Part shown: positions 50,700 through 60,332 of the stretch, piece after piece
Position numbering within the stretch: the first letter of the stretch is position 1
Layout: each line of letters opens with the position of its first letter
Sequence record: DRR723986_2974
DNA length: 64,000 nt
Reading direction: 5' to 3' (one strand)
The notes under the pieces: generated by a model
The model's database searches: none
What the model saw: only the letters and a program-made list of their open reading frames with translations
Told to the model about the DNA's origin: nothing
Translations under genes and position numbers: made by a program

Positions 50700-50915
50700 T
50701 TGAAGCCGCCCGAAGAGCCGCTTTCAGACAACGAGGCCCATGACCTCCTGCACGAGGCCATGGAACTGCTCGCCAATAAGAAGGGCGCAACAATCCGCTC
50801 CGAGACCGCATTGCGATCCGGGGAGAGGATGCTTTCCCTTTTGATGCTTGGTTTGCTGCTTGCTGCGGAAAACGGAACAGACGATCCTACTTCACCGCCG
50901 CCCTCGCCTTCTTGA
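50700..50915 (+). CDS. Small antisense-orientated hypothetical protein
   Basis: TTG start, helical 71-aa ORF filling the gap between late genes. Confidence 0.45.
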   Translation: MKPPEEPLSDNEAHDLLHEAMELLANKKGATIRSETALRSGERMLSLLMLGLLLAAENGTDDPTSPPPSPS

Positions 50916-51303
50916 TGGCCCTCTGGACGTTGACACGCCAGTTCTGTGCGCCCCTGCGCACGAAACCGGAGCTCCTGCCCTTGTATTCCCGGACACGGGC
51001 ATAGGCTGCAACGAACCCGCCATAGATCGTGTCGCCGAGCTGAGCCTCATCAATGATCAACTCATATGGCTGCACGCTCAGTGAGAAGTCCTTGAACCCT
51101 GTAGCCTTTGGGTCGATCTTCGGCACGTCCTGTAGGGACGCTCCGAAGGATTGAGCGAGAAAACCGGTCACCTTCGGAGTGTTGTCGTAGACATCATCAA
51201 AGGTGTAGTTGGTTGCCTCCTGGAACACGACCAGGAGGCGCTTCTTTGACTTTTTCGTCCAGGCATCCACAGCGGAGGCAAAATCGAGTTGGGTGCGCGC
51301 CAT
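50887..51303 (-). CDS. HK97 gp10-like tail completion protein
   Basis: TPKVTGFL..S, AAYA..REY, FVR...QNW. Confidence 0.75.
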   Translation of the reverse strand: MARTQLDFASAVDAWTKKSKKRLLVVFQEATNYTFDDVYDNTPKVTGFLAQSFGASLQDVPKIDPKATGFKDFSLSVQPYELIIDEAQLGDTIYGGFVAAYARVREYKGRSSGFVRRGAQNWRVNVQRAIKKARAAVK

Positions 51304-52331
51304 TACGTAAGCCCGCGGAACCTATTGACCTTCACCCGCTCCCGGCACCTGCACAAAGGCTCGTCGTATGGCGCGTGCATCTGCGGTGCCATGCCTGGCG
51401 GGACCGCGTAGAACTCGTTCCAGCCCGTACCATCTTTGTTCATCCGCTCGACCTCGCGGTGATTGTGCCGGACATGCTCGTCACGCGCCGAGATCGGGAT
51501 CTTGATCAGATCTTCGGCTTGGACCCGGCCGCGCTCGATGGCTTGGTCCCATGCTTCTTGCTGAGATCTGCCAAGAGCCTGAATGACCTCAGTCCGGGCG
51601 ATGGTTTCGGCCCGGTACAGGAGTGACCTGTTCCGGTAGGCCTGCAGCATCTTTGTCTGCGTCTCTGCCGGAATCTGCTTACCGGACTTGATGGCCTCGC
51701 GGATCGCGCTATCGAAGCGTTTATCCCGGAGACCTTTCTTCAAGGCCTTTCGAAGCGAAACACGGTCGGTTGAGCGAATCTCGGTGGCAAAGGAGCGCTG
51801 CCACTCCTCTTGTTGCGCTGTGAGGCCGATCAGGCCACCCTCGCGTTTGCCGGTAACACGGCTCCGGCGACCGACCAGATCAAGCGCGATCGTCTTCGGG
51901 TTCCTGCCGGCTGCCAGTCCATCTACCAGCACTTTGCGGATCATGTCGCGCTGACCATCTGTGATGCCAGTGATCAGTTCGCCAGCCCGTAGCCGGGTCC
52001 ATGCCTCCGCACGGGGGGCTCGGGCATCGAACAGGAAGCTGACAACTGAGCCTTCTGGTCCTCGCAGCGGTGCCTGGCGTTGGACATCCCTTCCGAAGGC
52101 CTCGCCGCCTGCGCTGAACAGTTCGGTGATAAGCCTGTCAAGGTGCCGGAAGTCCAGCGGATCGATCCCGACCGAGCGCAGGGCACCATCTACATCACCG
52201 TTTTCAAGCATGGCGGCGATAACATTGACGCGTTGCCGGTCTCTGATTTCCTGTATGGCGCGGAGAAATGCTTCCTGCAGCTCCTCAGACCATTCTTCGG
52301 TCAGGGCCTCAAATGGATCTTGGTTTGCCAT
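51303..52331 (-). CDS. Phage head morphogenesis protein (SPP1 gp7/MuF-like)
   Basis: RAETIARTE, D.HVR..H, CRC. Confidence 0.85.
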   Translation of the reverse strand: MANQDPFEALTEEWSEELQEAFLRAIQEIRDRQRVNVIAAMLENGDVDGALRSVGIDPLDFRHLDRLITELFSAGGEAFGRDVQRQAPLRGPEGSVVSFLFDARAPRAEAWTRLRAGELITGITDGQRDMIRKVLVDGLAAGRNPKTIALDLVGRRSRVTGKREGGLIGLTAQQEEWQRSFATEIRSTDRVSLRKALKKGLRDKRFDSAIREAIKSGKQIPAETQTKMLQAYRNRSLLYRAETIARTEVIQALGRSQQEAWDQAIERGRVQAEDLIKIPISARDEHVRHNHREVERMNKDGTGWNEFYAVPPGMAPQMHAPYDEPLCRCRERVKVNRFRGLT

Positions 52332-52335
52332 CAGA

Positions 52336-52734
52336 TCAGTTCTTCAGGTCGATCTCGTAGAGGACGGCAACACCTGCTGGGGACAGCGGTCTTACCTCAA
52401 GGATTTCTTCAAAGACCGTCGAACTGTCGATGTCAGCCGCTACCACGCCGATAGCGACCGACATGTCCTTGCGGGGTACCGTTCCAGATGTCGCGTTGAC
52501 CAGCAATGTTCGCATGGTCTCTTTCACCAGCGTGCCAGAACCGTCGCGGACCTGCTTTGTGTCCTGTAGCCCGACGAGGTCGACGTAAGTTGGTGCACCG
52601 GGTTGAGGATCAAGATCTGAGCCCGTCGGCGCGCCTGGAACACGCAGCACTACAGAGAAACCTTCATCGTTCTCGCCAATGGATTTTAGGGCGTCATCCA
52701 CCTCGGCTGCGATGGAGTTCCAGTCAATCGACAT
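52336..52734 (-). CDS. Head-tail adaptor / head closure protein
   Basis: V.PLSPAG..VLY C-terminus; synteny. Confidence 0.7.
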   Translation of the reverse strand: MSIDWNSIAAEVDDALKSIGENDEGFSVVLRVPGAPTGSDLDPQPGAPTYVDLVGLQDTKQVRDGSGTLVKETMRTLLVNATSGTVPRKDMSVAIGVVAADIDSSTVFEEILEVRPLSPAGVAVLYEIDLKN

Positions 52735-53173
52735 TCAACGGCCCCACCGATCTGAATCCGAAATAGGGAGGGCTGTCATCCTCGATGTAGGGATCGAACA
52801 TCGCCTCAATGAGCGTGGCCGTTGGCGAGTTTGCATAGATCCCCTCGCCTTTCCCGGTCACCGTCCACTTGATGCCCTTGACCTCAGTCAGAACCTTCCG
52901 ATCCGCCTCGGTGTAGGTTTTGGCGAAGAACCCAGGGGTCGCCAGCTCATAGTTCGCTGCAATGTAGGTTGCCTCGTCGACAAGCGGATAGTCATATCCG
53001 GTCGGTTGAAGCGTGATGTCATAGCCAGGCAGCAGGTTGGCGACATAGCGAAACCGGATGTAATCCGAAGCCCGGACAAGCGCTGCAGTCGCGTCCGCGT
53101 CAGAGGCCGCCGTGGGGGCGTTGTCGCCCCGGGCGGTGGCATAGGCCCGCCATGTCGCCAGATCACCGTACAA
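52724..53173 (-). CDS. Head-tail connector protein
   Basis: AY..ARG...AALVRASDYI; synteny. Confidence 0.7.
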   Translation of the reverse strand: MYGDLATWRAYATARGDNAPTAASDADATAALVRASDYIRFRYVANLLPGYDITLQPTGYDYPLVDEATYIAANYELATPGFFAKTYTEADRKVLTEVKGIKWTVTGKGEGIYANSPTATLIEAMFDPYIEDDSPPYFGFRSVGPLNVD

Positions 53174-53176
53174 GCC

Positions 53177-53509
53177 TTAGCCCTCGGTCTTGATGAACTC
53201 GGCCTTGTCCTCGTCGGACAACTCGTTGAAGGCGGTGGCATCGCCGGCACGCATCTTCTTGCCAACTTCCTGGCCGTTGGCGTCCTTGATGACCCACCAT
53301 CCACTACCGGCGTCTTCTGCCTTGAAAGGGGCAACAGGATCGGACTTGTCGGCAGGGTTGACGACCGCCGTCTTCTCCTTGGTGTCGCCGGAGATGATCT
53401 GTACCTTGCCTTCCCATGCCTTCGGAACCGACTTCACATTGAACTCGGAGCCGACCTTGACTTCACCTTTGGCACCATAGATGCCGGGCTTCATGATCTT
53501 GATGCGCAT
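53177..53509 (-). CDS. Hypothetical virion protein
   Basis: Start MRIKI at 53509 after AAGG, downstream of capsid hairpin. Confidence 0.65.
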   Translation of the reverse strand: MRIKIMKPGIYGAKGEVKVGSEFNVKSVPKAWEGKVQIISGDTKEKTAVVNPADKSDPVAPFKAEDAGSGWWVIKDANGQEVGKKMRAGDATAFNELSDEDKAEFIKTEG

Positions 53510-53596
53510 TGGATCAACCTTTCTGTTTCGGATGCCATCACAAAACGGGCCGGGACAGACCCGGTCCGTCATGTAAGTCACCCAATTTTCAGGGAG

Positions 53597-54664
53597 TTAG
53601 GCGTTGACAACCACCGAGTAGAAGACCCCGGTCCGGTTGTTGTAATCCGCCCGAATCTCGATCCCCATGGCACCCATCATCAGGAAATTGTAGTTGTCCG
53701 TCGGGTTCAGCCGGGTCATCGCGGTGGTGTTCACTGCCATGCCGATCAGCGGCCGGATGTATTCCGCATTGGGAACGAAGCCGAAGAACTCGTTGCCGCT
53801 GAGCTCGTAGCTGACCTCGATCTTGTTGATGCGCCGGTTGGTCAGCAGATACTGCAGGAGGGTGCCGCCCTTGAAGCCGGCAGAGCCGGAATATGAACGA
53901 TCCCAGTTCCGGCCGATCTCCGGGGAGATATAGAGGTTGACCTTGCCAGTGATGAAGTTGTCATCAAGCATGGTTCCAAGCGTCTGCGTGATGAACTGAT
54001 CGATCGCGTCGGAGGTGGTCGCAGTCGCCGACAGATCGATGTCAGCACCACCGACCGCATCACCCAAGTTGATGGATTTGGACAGCGGGTGATTGCGAAT
54101 GCCGTAGGCGGTGTAGCCCTGAAAGACGATGTTCGCATCACCATCGAGGCAGTACAGCGCCTGGTCACGGCGGATCTTGGCGGAATGGGCTTCCTGATCG
54201 TCAGAGAGAGCATCGAAGTTCTCGGACTGCAGGGTGTTCCACTCCCGCCATTCGCGGCCATAGCCGGTGGCAAAAATCGGCACCGGAGTGCCGCGATAGT
54301 CGTAGACCACCTTGTCCATCGTGGTCGGGACCTGACCGGAGATCGACCGGGTCACCGAACCGGCATCCGAGGAGACGCGGCTCATGTGGACGAGCTTGCC
54401 GATGTTAACCGGCTTCGCCAGAGGCATCAGATCCATCATCCACGCCTGCCCTTCATCGGCACGCATGACCCGGCGGGTGATCCCATCCAGATCAAGCCAT
54501 GCATCACGGGGCAGGATCGAGGCGGCGTTGCCAAGCAGCTCGTTTTGAAGGGATGCGTGGGCATCCTCGGACCGGTGGAAGTGTTCCCGGGCAAGGGACA
54601 CCTCAGCCCACCATGCAGCGTGCGGTCGCGAATTGGCGACCAGCTGTTCGTCGAAATAGCGCAT
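53597..54664 (-). CDS. Major capsid protein
   Basis: 355 aa, strong codon bias, AGGAGA RBS, GYGREWRE; synteny. Confidence 0.85.
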   Translation of the reverse strand: MRYFDEQLVANSRPHAAWWAEVSLAREHFHRSEDAHASLQNELLGNAASILPRDAWLDLDGITRRVMRADEGQAWMMDLMPLAKPVNIGKLVHMSRVSSDAGSVTRSISGQVPTTMDKVVYDYRGTPVPIFATGYGREWREWNTLQSENFDALSDDQEAHSAKIRRDQALYCLDGDANIVFQGYTAYGIRNHPLSKSINLGDAVGGADIDLSATATTSDAIDQFITQTLGTMLDDNFITGKVNLYISPEIGRNWDRSYSGSAGFKGGTLLQYLLTNRRINKIEVSYELSGNEFFGFVPNAEYIRPLIGMAVNTTAMTRLNPTDNYNFLMMGAMGIEIRADYNNRTGVFYSVVVNA

Positions 54665-54680
54665 TGTCGCTAGTCTCCTG

Positions 54681-55139
54681 TTACGCGGCCGAGAGGTAGC
54701 TTGCAGAACCCGCTGGGCGGATCTTCAGCAGCTGCTCGGAGCCGGAGTTGTTGTTGTAGATCTCATCGGAGTAGGCCACGACGAGATCCGACGTGCTGGC
54801 GATGGCAAGGGTGCCATTCGCGCCCGGGGTCAGAGCGGTACCAACCGCGGTGATGTTGACGCCGGTGGCGATGCGGGCCGCATAGATGTGGTCCTCGTGC
54901 ATCTCGATACCGACGGCGGTGTCGTCCTGGGCCCAGTCGTCGTCGACATCCTTCATGGCGAGGTAGTTGTCCTGGATGAGCCAGACCTTGCCGACAGTGG
55001 TTGCGCCGGCGAGAGCGAACTTGCCCGAGGACAGGACGGCGAGACGACCAGGCTTCAGGGCGACGTTGGCGAGGGCCTCGCGAACCTGCGGCAGCACCTT
55101 GTTCGGCGGGCCAAGCAGGATCTTGTTGTATCGTGCCAT
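54681..55139 (-). CDS. Head decoration protein
   Basis: Start MARYN at 55139; between protease/scaffold and capsid. Confidence 0.7.
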   Translation of the reverse strand: MARYNKILLGPPNKVLPQVREALANVALKPGRLAVLSSGKFALAGATTVGKVWLIQDNYLAMKDVDDDWAQDDTAVGIEMHEDHIYAARIATGVNITAVGTALTPGANGTLAIASTSDLVVAYSDEIYNNNSGSEQLLKIRPAGSASYLSAA

Positions 55140-55143
55140 CAGA

Positions 55144-56265
55144 TTAGCCCTCCGCCTTCGGGAGCTTGAAGGCAGGCTTGTCGTCCTGGACCTTGAAAGC
55201 ACCATTGAGAGGAGCGGCCTTGCCCGGTTCGGCCTTCTTGGCAAGCTGACGGGCGGCATTCAGGGTCAGTTCCTTGGCCCCGGCTTCGTCCATCAGGTTG
55301 GCCTTGACGATCTTCTCCTGGAGCCCGGTGAGCTCGGCCTCGTCCTTGGCCTTCTGGTTGGCGACGATCTCGTTCTGAGCGTCGACCAGCGGCTTGATCG
55401 CGTTGCCAACGGCTTCACCGATGGTCTCCCCGATCTTGCCGATGCTTTCCGAGAGGGTATCGACCTTCGCGGAAAGCTCGTTGAGCTGCTTCTCATCAGC
55501 CATGTCTGCTTTCTCCGTGTTTGCAGATGTTTCCCCGTCGGAAAGACCAAGGGCCTCCAAAATTCGGGTCTTCATTCGCTCCATCGCAGAAGCTCGATGC
55601 TTCCGCTCCGCAGCTCGGACGATGCTTTCCACCGCCCAATCCATTTCCCTGTCGGCGTCTTCCAGGAACGAGTTGATGACCTCGATCTCGCTCTCTTCGC
55701 CTTGGGAGTTCACCAGCATGCCGACACCCTGATCCGGGGTTGCTGCACCCTCGGTTTCCAGCAGGATCGCGTCATGATCGAATTCGATGTTGCGGGCGAT
55801 GTGCTCGTAATCGACATCGCCGTTCGCTGCTTCCAGATTGCAGAGCAGGCCGGTCGATGTGTGGATGGGATCGCCCTTGTCGATCGCCTTCAGGACAGCC
55901 TTGCCACCCTCAGACTGGTTGGCACGCTCGACATCAATCACCTTGTCCAGGAATACCCTGCCGTTCTCACGGCGCAGGTTCTCGTTCCATGCCCCGATCC
56001 AGCCCAGGTTGATGCCTTCCGGGTCCCGAGCGGACACGAACTTGCCATTGATCATGGGGTGTCCCAGCGGTGCTGGGGTGCGGTTCAAAGTGATGTAGCT
56101 GGTCTCGATCTCGTCGGCGGGATAGAGAATGCCGTTCATCACGATGTCGTCGGGAAGCGTTGCAGACGGCACGATGACGACATCTCGCCCGTTCCGCTTC
56201 TCCTTGCGCACGCCAGACATATTCGCCAGCGTGCGGATGTTGATCCGCACCTGTTTCGGCATCAC
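55144..56265 (-). CDS. Prohead protease / scaffold protein
   Basis: PAPLGHP, HTSTG, DHDAIL..GAATP; coiled C-terminus. Confidence 0.8.
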   Translation of the reverse strand: MMPKQVRINIRTLANMSGVRKEKRNGRDVVIVPSATLPDDIVMNGILYPADEIETSYITLNRTPAPLGHPMINGKFVSARDPEGINLGWIGAWNENLRRENGRVFLDKVIDVERANQSEGGKAVLKAIDKGDPIHTSTGLLCNLEAANGDVDYEHIARNIEFDHDAILLETEGAATPDQGVGMLVNSQGEESEIEVINSFLEDADREMDWAVESIVRAAERKHRASAMERMKTRILEALGLSDGETSANTEKADMADEKQLNELSAKVDTLSESIGKIGETIGEAVGNAIKPLVDAQNEIVANQKAKDEAELTGLQEKIVKANLMDEAGAKELTLNAARQLAKKAEPGKAAPLNGAFKVQDDKPAFKLPKAEG

Positions 56266-56292
56266 AGGTTCTCCAATTTGCTAGAGGGGCGC

Positions 56293-57642
56293 CTATTTGC
56301 CTTCCGGCGGCGTCATATCGAGGTCTTCGGCGTCGTCGTCTGGATCGTCGCGATACTTCTCAGCCTCGCTGAGCGGCTCCATATCGACGGCGGCGCGCAT
56401 TTCTTCAGGGGTGAACACCCACTCCCCGGTGTCTTTCATTTTCTGATTGGTATCGGCCATCTTGCCAACGCGATCGACCTTTTCAGCCATGGTGGCCTCG
56501 GTCAGATCAGTCCAATCCAGGTGCCAATCCCGATCCGGCAGGATACCGACCTGCTCAAGCCGGTTGATCACCGCCATGATGTTGGGGATCACGCTATCTG
56601 CTCGACGCCCCATGATGGTCTGAGACCACTCCCTGGCATCTTCCGTGCTTGCCCGTTCCCCGGTCTGCATCCCGACGAGGATCTTGGCCGGGATGTTGAT
56701 TGAGGCGGCAAAGGCCTGAAGCGGGCCAGCGAAGAAGTGTTCCGGCGAAGGCATCGTGATCGGCAGTGTCTTGGCCTGAATTCCCTGGAGCATCAGGAGC
56801 TGGTCGAAGCCCTTCTGCCAATCCGCGACCTGCTCGTCCATCTTGTCCGCGATCTCATCGGTGGGCACGCCCATGGCCTTCGCCATTTGCTCAAGACTGG
56901 CCTCTTTGTCGATCTCAAGGACCGGTGCCGACTTGGCGTTCTTCCAGAAGCCCTCGCCCCCTGCCCCGTTGATCTTCTCCAGAGTGATCAGATCATTGAA
57001 CCCTGGTTCAAGAAATGATCGGCCGTGGACAGTCCCATCATGCGACCAGACCACGACGCGGTCGGGATGCAGCTGGAACTGGCGCGGCTGTTTGCTCTGG
57101 TCTTCAACGGCGGATTCGTTGAAATTGAACATCTTGGGCTGGCCGTAGGTCTCGGATGTCTGATCCGTGTCCCAGCTGGACACCTCAAGCTGCCCCTCCC
57201 ACGCAGGAATGATTTCAACCAGACCGTCGACGCCTCCGGGAACGGTATCCACGGGCTGGTCAAACGTCTTGCTATCGGCAAAGCGCAGGATCACCCCGCC
57301 GTAGCAGCCAACCAACGAACGGCGATCAGCCTCGGCGAGCTTCTGCCACAGTCTTAGATCAGAGAACCGCTGCCGGATCTCAAGCTCGAGGTTGCTCTCG
57401 TCGTCATCGCCCTCACTCTCCTGAAGGAACGGGTACTCCTGCCAGGTCTTGGTGATGGTCTTCTCGACACCGGCATGGGCGAAACCATTCCGGTTGTACA
57501 TGTCGAAGCACTGTCTGAAATCGATCTGCTGAGGAAACCCGAAGTCGGCATAGTGGTTGTGCTTAATGCCAGGGTAGTAGCCCGGAAACATCTGATCCAG
57601 CCGCCGCTGGGTCACATTGGCGATCAGGTTCAATAGCCTCAT
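56293..57642 (-). CDS. Portal protein (DUF1073-like)
   Basis: Follows terL; GG.GEGFWKNA, IP.KIL.G.QTGERAS.ED. Confidence 0.85.
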   Translation of the reverse strand: MRLLNLIANVTQRRLDQMFPGYYPGIKHNHYADFGFPQQIDFRQCFDMYNRNGFAHAGVEKTITKTWQEYPFLQESEGDDDESNLELEIRQRFSDLRLWQKLAEADRRSLVGCYGGVILRFADSKTFDQPVDTVPGGVDGLVEIIPAWEGQLEVSSWDTDQTSETYGQPKMFNFNESAVEDQSKQPRQFQLHPDRVVVWSHDGTVHGRSFLEPGFNDLITLEKINGAGGEGFWKNAKSAPVLEIDKEASLEQMAKAMGVPTDEIADKMDEQVADWQKGFDQLLMLQGIQAKTLPITMPSPEHFFAGPLQAFAASINIPAKILVGMQTGERASTEDAREWSQTIMGRRADSVIPNIMAVINRLEQVGILPDRDWHLDWTDLTEATMAEKVDRVGKMADTNQKMKDTGEWVFTPEEMRAAVDMEPLSEAEKYRDDPDDDAEDLDMTPPEGK

Positions 57643-59303
57643 GAGCGGTGCTTCTTCTTCAGGATCATTGCGGCCCGCGCAGAAGGATGCGCCAGCTCAT
57701 TGAATGCCCTGGATGCCGCGTCCACGATGTCCTTCAGTTTTGCGTTCGGGAACATGCAAACCTCATCCAGAAAATCTTCGTTCCAGCTCCCGAGGAGCAA
57801 ATCGACGTTGCCAGCCTCGCATTGGGCTGAGAGCGGTTCGGCTCGTGTGACCTTGTCCCCGCTTTCCGACGACGCCACTGCGACGTGCCCAGCTAGCAGG
57901 GTGATGTACTGTTCAGCCTGATCCTTACCGGCCTGCCCCGGGTCCTGGGGCAATGAGATCCGACACCGGTCTCCAGAGAAATCATCTTGCTCGGCTGTGT
58001 TCTTGACCGTGGTCCGCACCTTGGCCGGTGTGAGCCATTCGGCAAGGCAGTGCGCTATGACGAAACGACCATCCGGATAACGTCCGATCTTCACACCAGC
58101 CGTTCGGGCCGCGGTGGGATCATCCTTGGTAGCCGCGAAGTCCCAGCCCCTGACGAACACGGTGCCGGCAGGTATCGCCTTGACGATCTTAAAATCTTCA
58201 CGCTTGAACATCCCGCCCTCGCGGGGTGCTGGTCGCTGCTGGTTCTGACCGGCGTGGCCCATGGAGCCAAGCGAGATCTTGTCAGCCTCGACAACCTCAC
58301 GCGGGAAGCGATCCTTGAACAGCAATTCGCCATCCTCGGACCTGATGTCTTGCGGATAAACGGTCTTGAGCGGCACCTTTTCGACGAACTCCCGGCGGTT
58401 CTCCGGAACCTCGTCACCAGGCCGATACCATGTCTGTTTTTCGGCGTCATAGCGGGCGCGAATAGGCTTCGCATCCCAGAATGACGGCTTCACGATGGTG
58501 TAACAGCGCCGCTCGGGCTCATATTCCATCGGAAGCATCAGGTGCTCGTAGCCGAGCCTCTTGGAGAGCGCGACACCCGTGGTATCGTCCTCGTGCAGCC
58601 GCTGCATCACCATCACGATGGCATCAAGAGCGGGATCAGCCAGACGACTAGGGACGGCCTCCAGAAAGGTCTCCCGCGCCGCCAAGCGCTCGGCGTCAGA
58701 TTTCGCCATGTCAACCGAGAGCGGATCATCGATGATGACCCTGTTGCCGCGCTCACCGGTCAAGGACTTGAATGCCATGGCCGCCCGGAAACCGGTCTTG
58801 TCGTTCTCGAACTTCAGCGTCGAGTTTTGATCGGGCATCAGGTTGAAGTTTTGACCCCAACGTTCCCGGTACCACCTGGACTGCACAAGGCGCCGCGCCT
58901 TGATGTTGTCTCGTTTCGCAAGGCTCTCCTTATAGGAGGTCGCGATGGTGCGCATGTGCGGCAGGTTGAGCGGTCCCCATTCCCATGCAGGCCAGAACAC
59001 CCCGACGGTCAGGGATTTCATGGTGCCAGGCGGGACGTTGATAATCAGCCGTCTCAAAAACCCGTCGGTGATGGCCTTGAGATGATCCGCGATCGCGTCA
59101 ACATGCCAACCGTGCTTGTACGTCGCTGCTGGTTCCAGAACGTGCCATGCACCCTTGATGAAGCTGGAGAGCGAGACACCGGCAGCCTGCGCCTCCTCCT
59201 CAATCTTCCGGTTCGCTTCCCTCTTCTGCTTCTCCGCCCTGATCCGAGCCAGCAAATCCGAGCCTGACGAGTGCACGTTCAACTGTGTCGAGCTCCTCAT
59301 CAC
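57639..59303 (-). CDS. terL: Terminase large subunit
   Basis: NVPPGTMKS, IIDDP, MQRLHEDD, WDFAA, D.VDA. Confidence 0.93.
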   Translation of the reverse strand: MMRSSTQLNVHSSGSDLLARIRAEKQKREANRKIEEEAQAAGVSLSSFIKGAWHVLEPAATYKHGWHVDAIADHLKAITDGFLRRLIINVPPGTMKSLTVGVFWPAWEWGPLNLPHMRTIATSYKESLAKRDNIKARRLVQSRWYRERWGQNFNLMPDQNSTLKFENDKTGFRAAMAFKSLTGERGNRVIIDDPLSVDMAKSDAERLAARETFLEAVPSRLADPALDAIVMVMQRLHEDDTTGVALSKRLGYEHLMLPMEYEPERRCYTIVKPSFWDAKPIRARYDAEKQTWYRPGDEVPENRREFVEKVPLKTVYPQDIRSEDGELLFKDRFPREVVEADKISLGSMGHAGQNQQRPAPREGGMFKREDFKIVKAIPAGTVFVRGWDFAATKDDPTAARTAGVKIGRYPDGRFVIAHCLAEWLTPAKVRTTVKNTAEQDDFSGDRCRISLPQDPGQAGKDQAEQYITLLAGHVAVASSESGDKVTRAEPLSAQCEAGNVDLLLGSWNEDFLDEVCMFPNAKLKDIVDAASRAFNELAHPSARAAMILKKKHRS

Positions 59304-59676
59304 TCATACCTGAGATCTTGCTTAGGTCGATGACCGGGATGGCACCTCCACCCGGGCCGCCGATATCTCTTTGATCACGCTGGCCGAGTAGCTGTTTGCC
59401 GAGCCACACCAGCATTGTGGCGTTGCCCTTCTTGGCTGCCGTGAACTGCATTCGGCGCAAAGAGGCTTTGCCCTCCTCAAGTCCGAACTCGTAGGCCTCC
59501 GCCGCCTCGGGATGATCCTTCTTGAACTTGATGAAGGTTGGTTCCGAGACACCGAGGACGGCAGCGCATTCCTTGGTGGTCGCCTGGATCTGGCCGAGGC
59601 CCTTCAGGTTCTTGAGGGTCTTGGCGTCAGGCTTCAGTGCCCGAGGCCTGCCGCCCTTGTTCCTTGCTGTCGCCAT
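59200..59676 (-). CDS. terS: Terminase small subunit
   Basis: GGRPR, HTH, SLRR.QF..A..GN.TML.WLGKQ.LGQ. Confidence 0.85.
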   Translation of the reverse strand: MATARNKGGRPRALKPDAKTLKNLKGLGQIQATTKECAAVLGVSEPTFIKFKKDHPEAAEAYEFGLEEGKASLRRMQFTAAKKGNATMLVWLGKQLLGQRDQRDIGGPGGGAIPVIDLSKISGMSDEELDTVERALVRLGFAGSDQGGEAEEGSEPED

Positions 59677-60102
59677 TGTCTTGGCCGTTCACCTTCAATC
59701 TCATGCCGTACTCTTTGTATTAGTGGTGCTTCCGATGAAAACTTCGGGGATAACTCCACAAAAAGCGGCATCATTTTCTGTCGCCTATGAAACTTGTCTG
59801 GAATTCCGCGACGGAATGCCCAAGTATAATTTCATCTGCTGACCCCAGCGAGGCACCACCCTGGCCGGTGACACCCCAAGCTCAGGGACCCAGCAGCCCA
59901 TGCCCTAAAGGACTGCGCCGCCCCCATCCGATGGTGGGCACATGCGGCTCAGCAACCTGGGAAGCCACATGGGACGTGCCTGAAGCGATCACGTGCAGCC
60001 GAAGGCGCCCCGATGCTGCGATGAACAGCGGGTTATCTGTTTGATCGTCCGGTAGTCACAACCCTTTCAGGGCTGTGCCGGCACGGCTCGGAGGGCACTT
60101 AG

Positions 60103-60192
60103 ATGCATAAGACCTTCGTTACCGTGGTGATCAAGATCAACTTGGCCGCTTGCCTCTTCGGAGTTGCAGCGATTTTGAAGATCCTGGTCTAA
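60103..60192 (+). CDS. 29-aa hydrophobic peptide, type I toxin-like (not in ORF track)
   Basis: GGAGGG RBS, MHKTFVTVVIKINLAACLFGVAAILKILV, terminator immediately after. Confidence 0.65.
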   Translation: MHKTFVTVVIKINLAACLFGVAAILKILV

Positions 60193-60233
60193 AACAGGGG
60201 GGTGTTGGCAGAAGCCAGCACCCTTTCTTGTTT
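60193..60233 (+). terminator. Terminator after 29-aa peptide
   Basis: GGGTGTTGGC-AGAA-GCCAGCACCC then TTTCTTGTTT. Confidence 0.8.
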
Positions 60234-60273
60234 CAGGACCATTCTGAACATTGGGGAAATCTTCATTCATGGG

Positions 60274-60306
60274 TTGCCTCTTTTAGAGGCGCTTAAGAAA
60301 CTTCAT
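60274..60306 (+). promoter_or_regulatory. Promoter-like element, copy 1
   Basis: TTGCCT-N17-GAAACT; 25/33 identical to 61629-61661. Confidence 0.6.
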
Positions 60307-60332
60307 GGGTTCACATCTTGAAGGAACCCGAA

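Noticed and set aside
56293-57642. Anti-CBASS Acb1 label sometimes attached to DUF1073 proteins
   Set aside because: Size and position after terL indicate portal; no separate phosphoesterase domain evident
46162-57642. Gene transfer agent
   Set aside because: Integrase at a tRNA, lysis and early genes, and non-GTA head genes indicate a true prophage
60067-60270. 67-aa minus-strand ORF
   Set aside because: Overlaps the better-supported plus-strand peptide and terminator; no clear RBS
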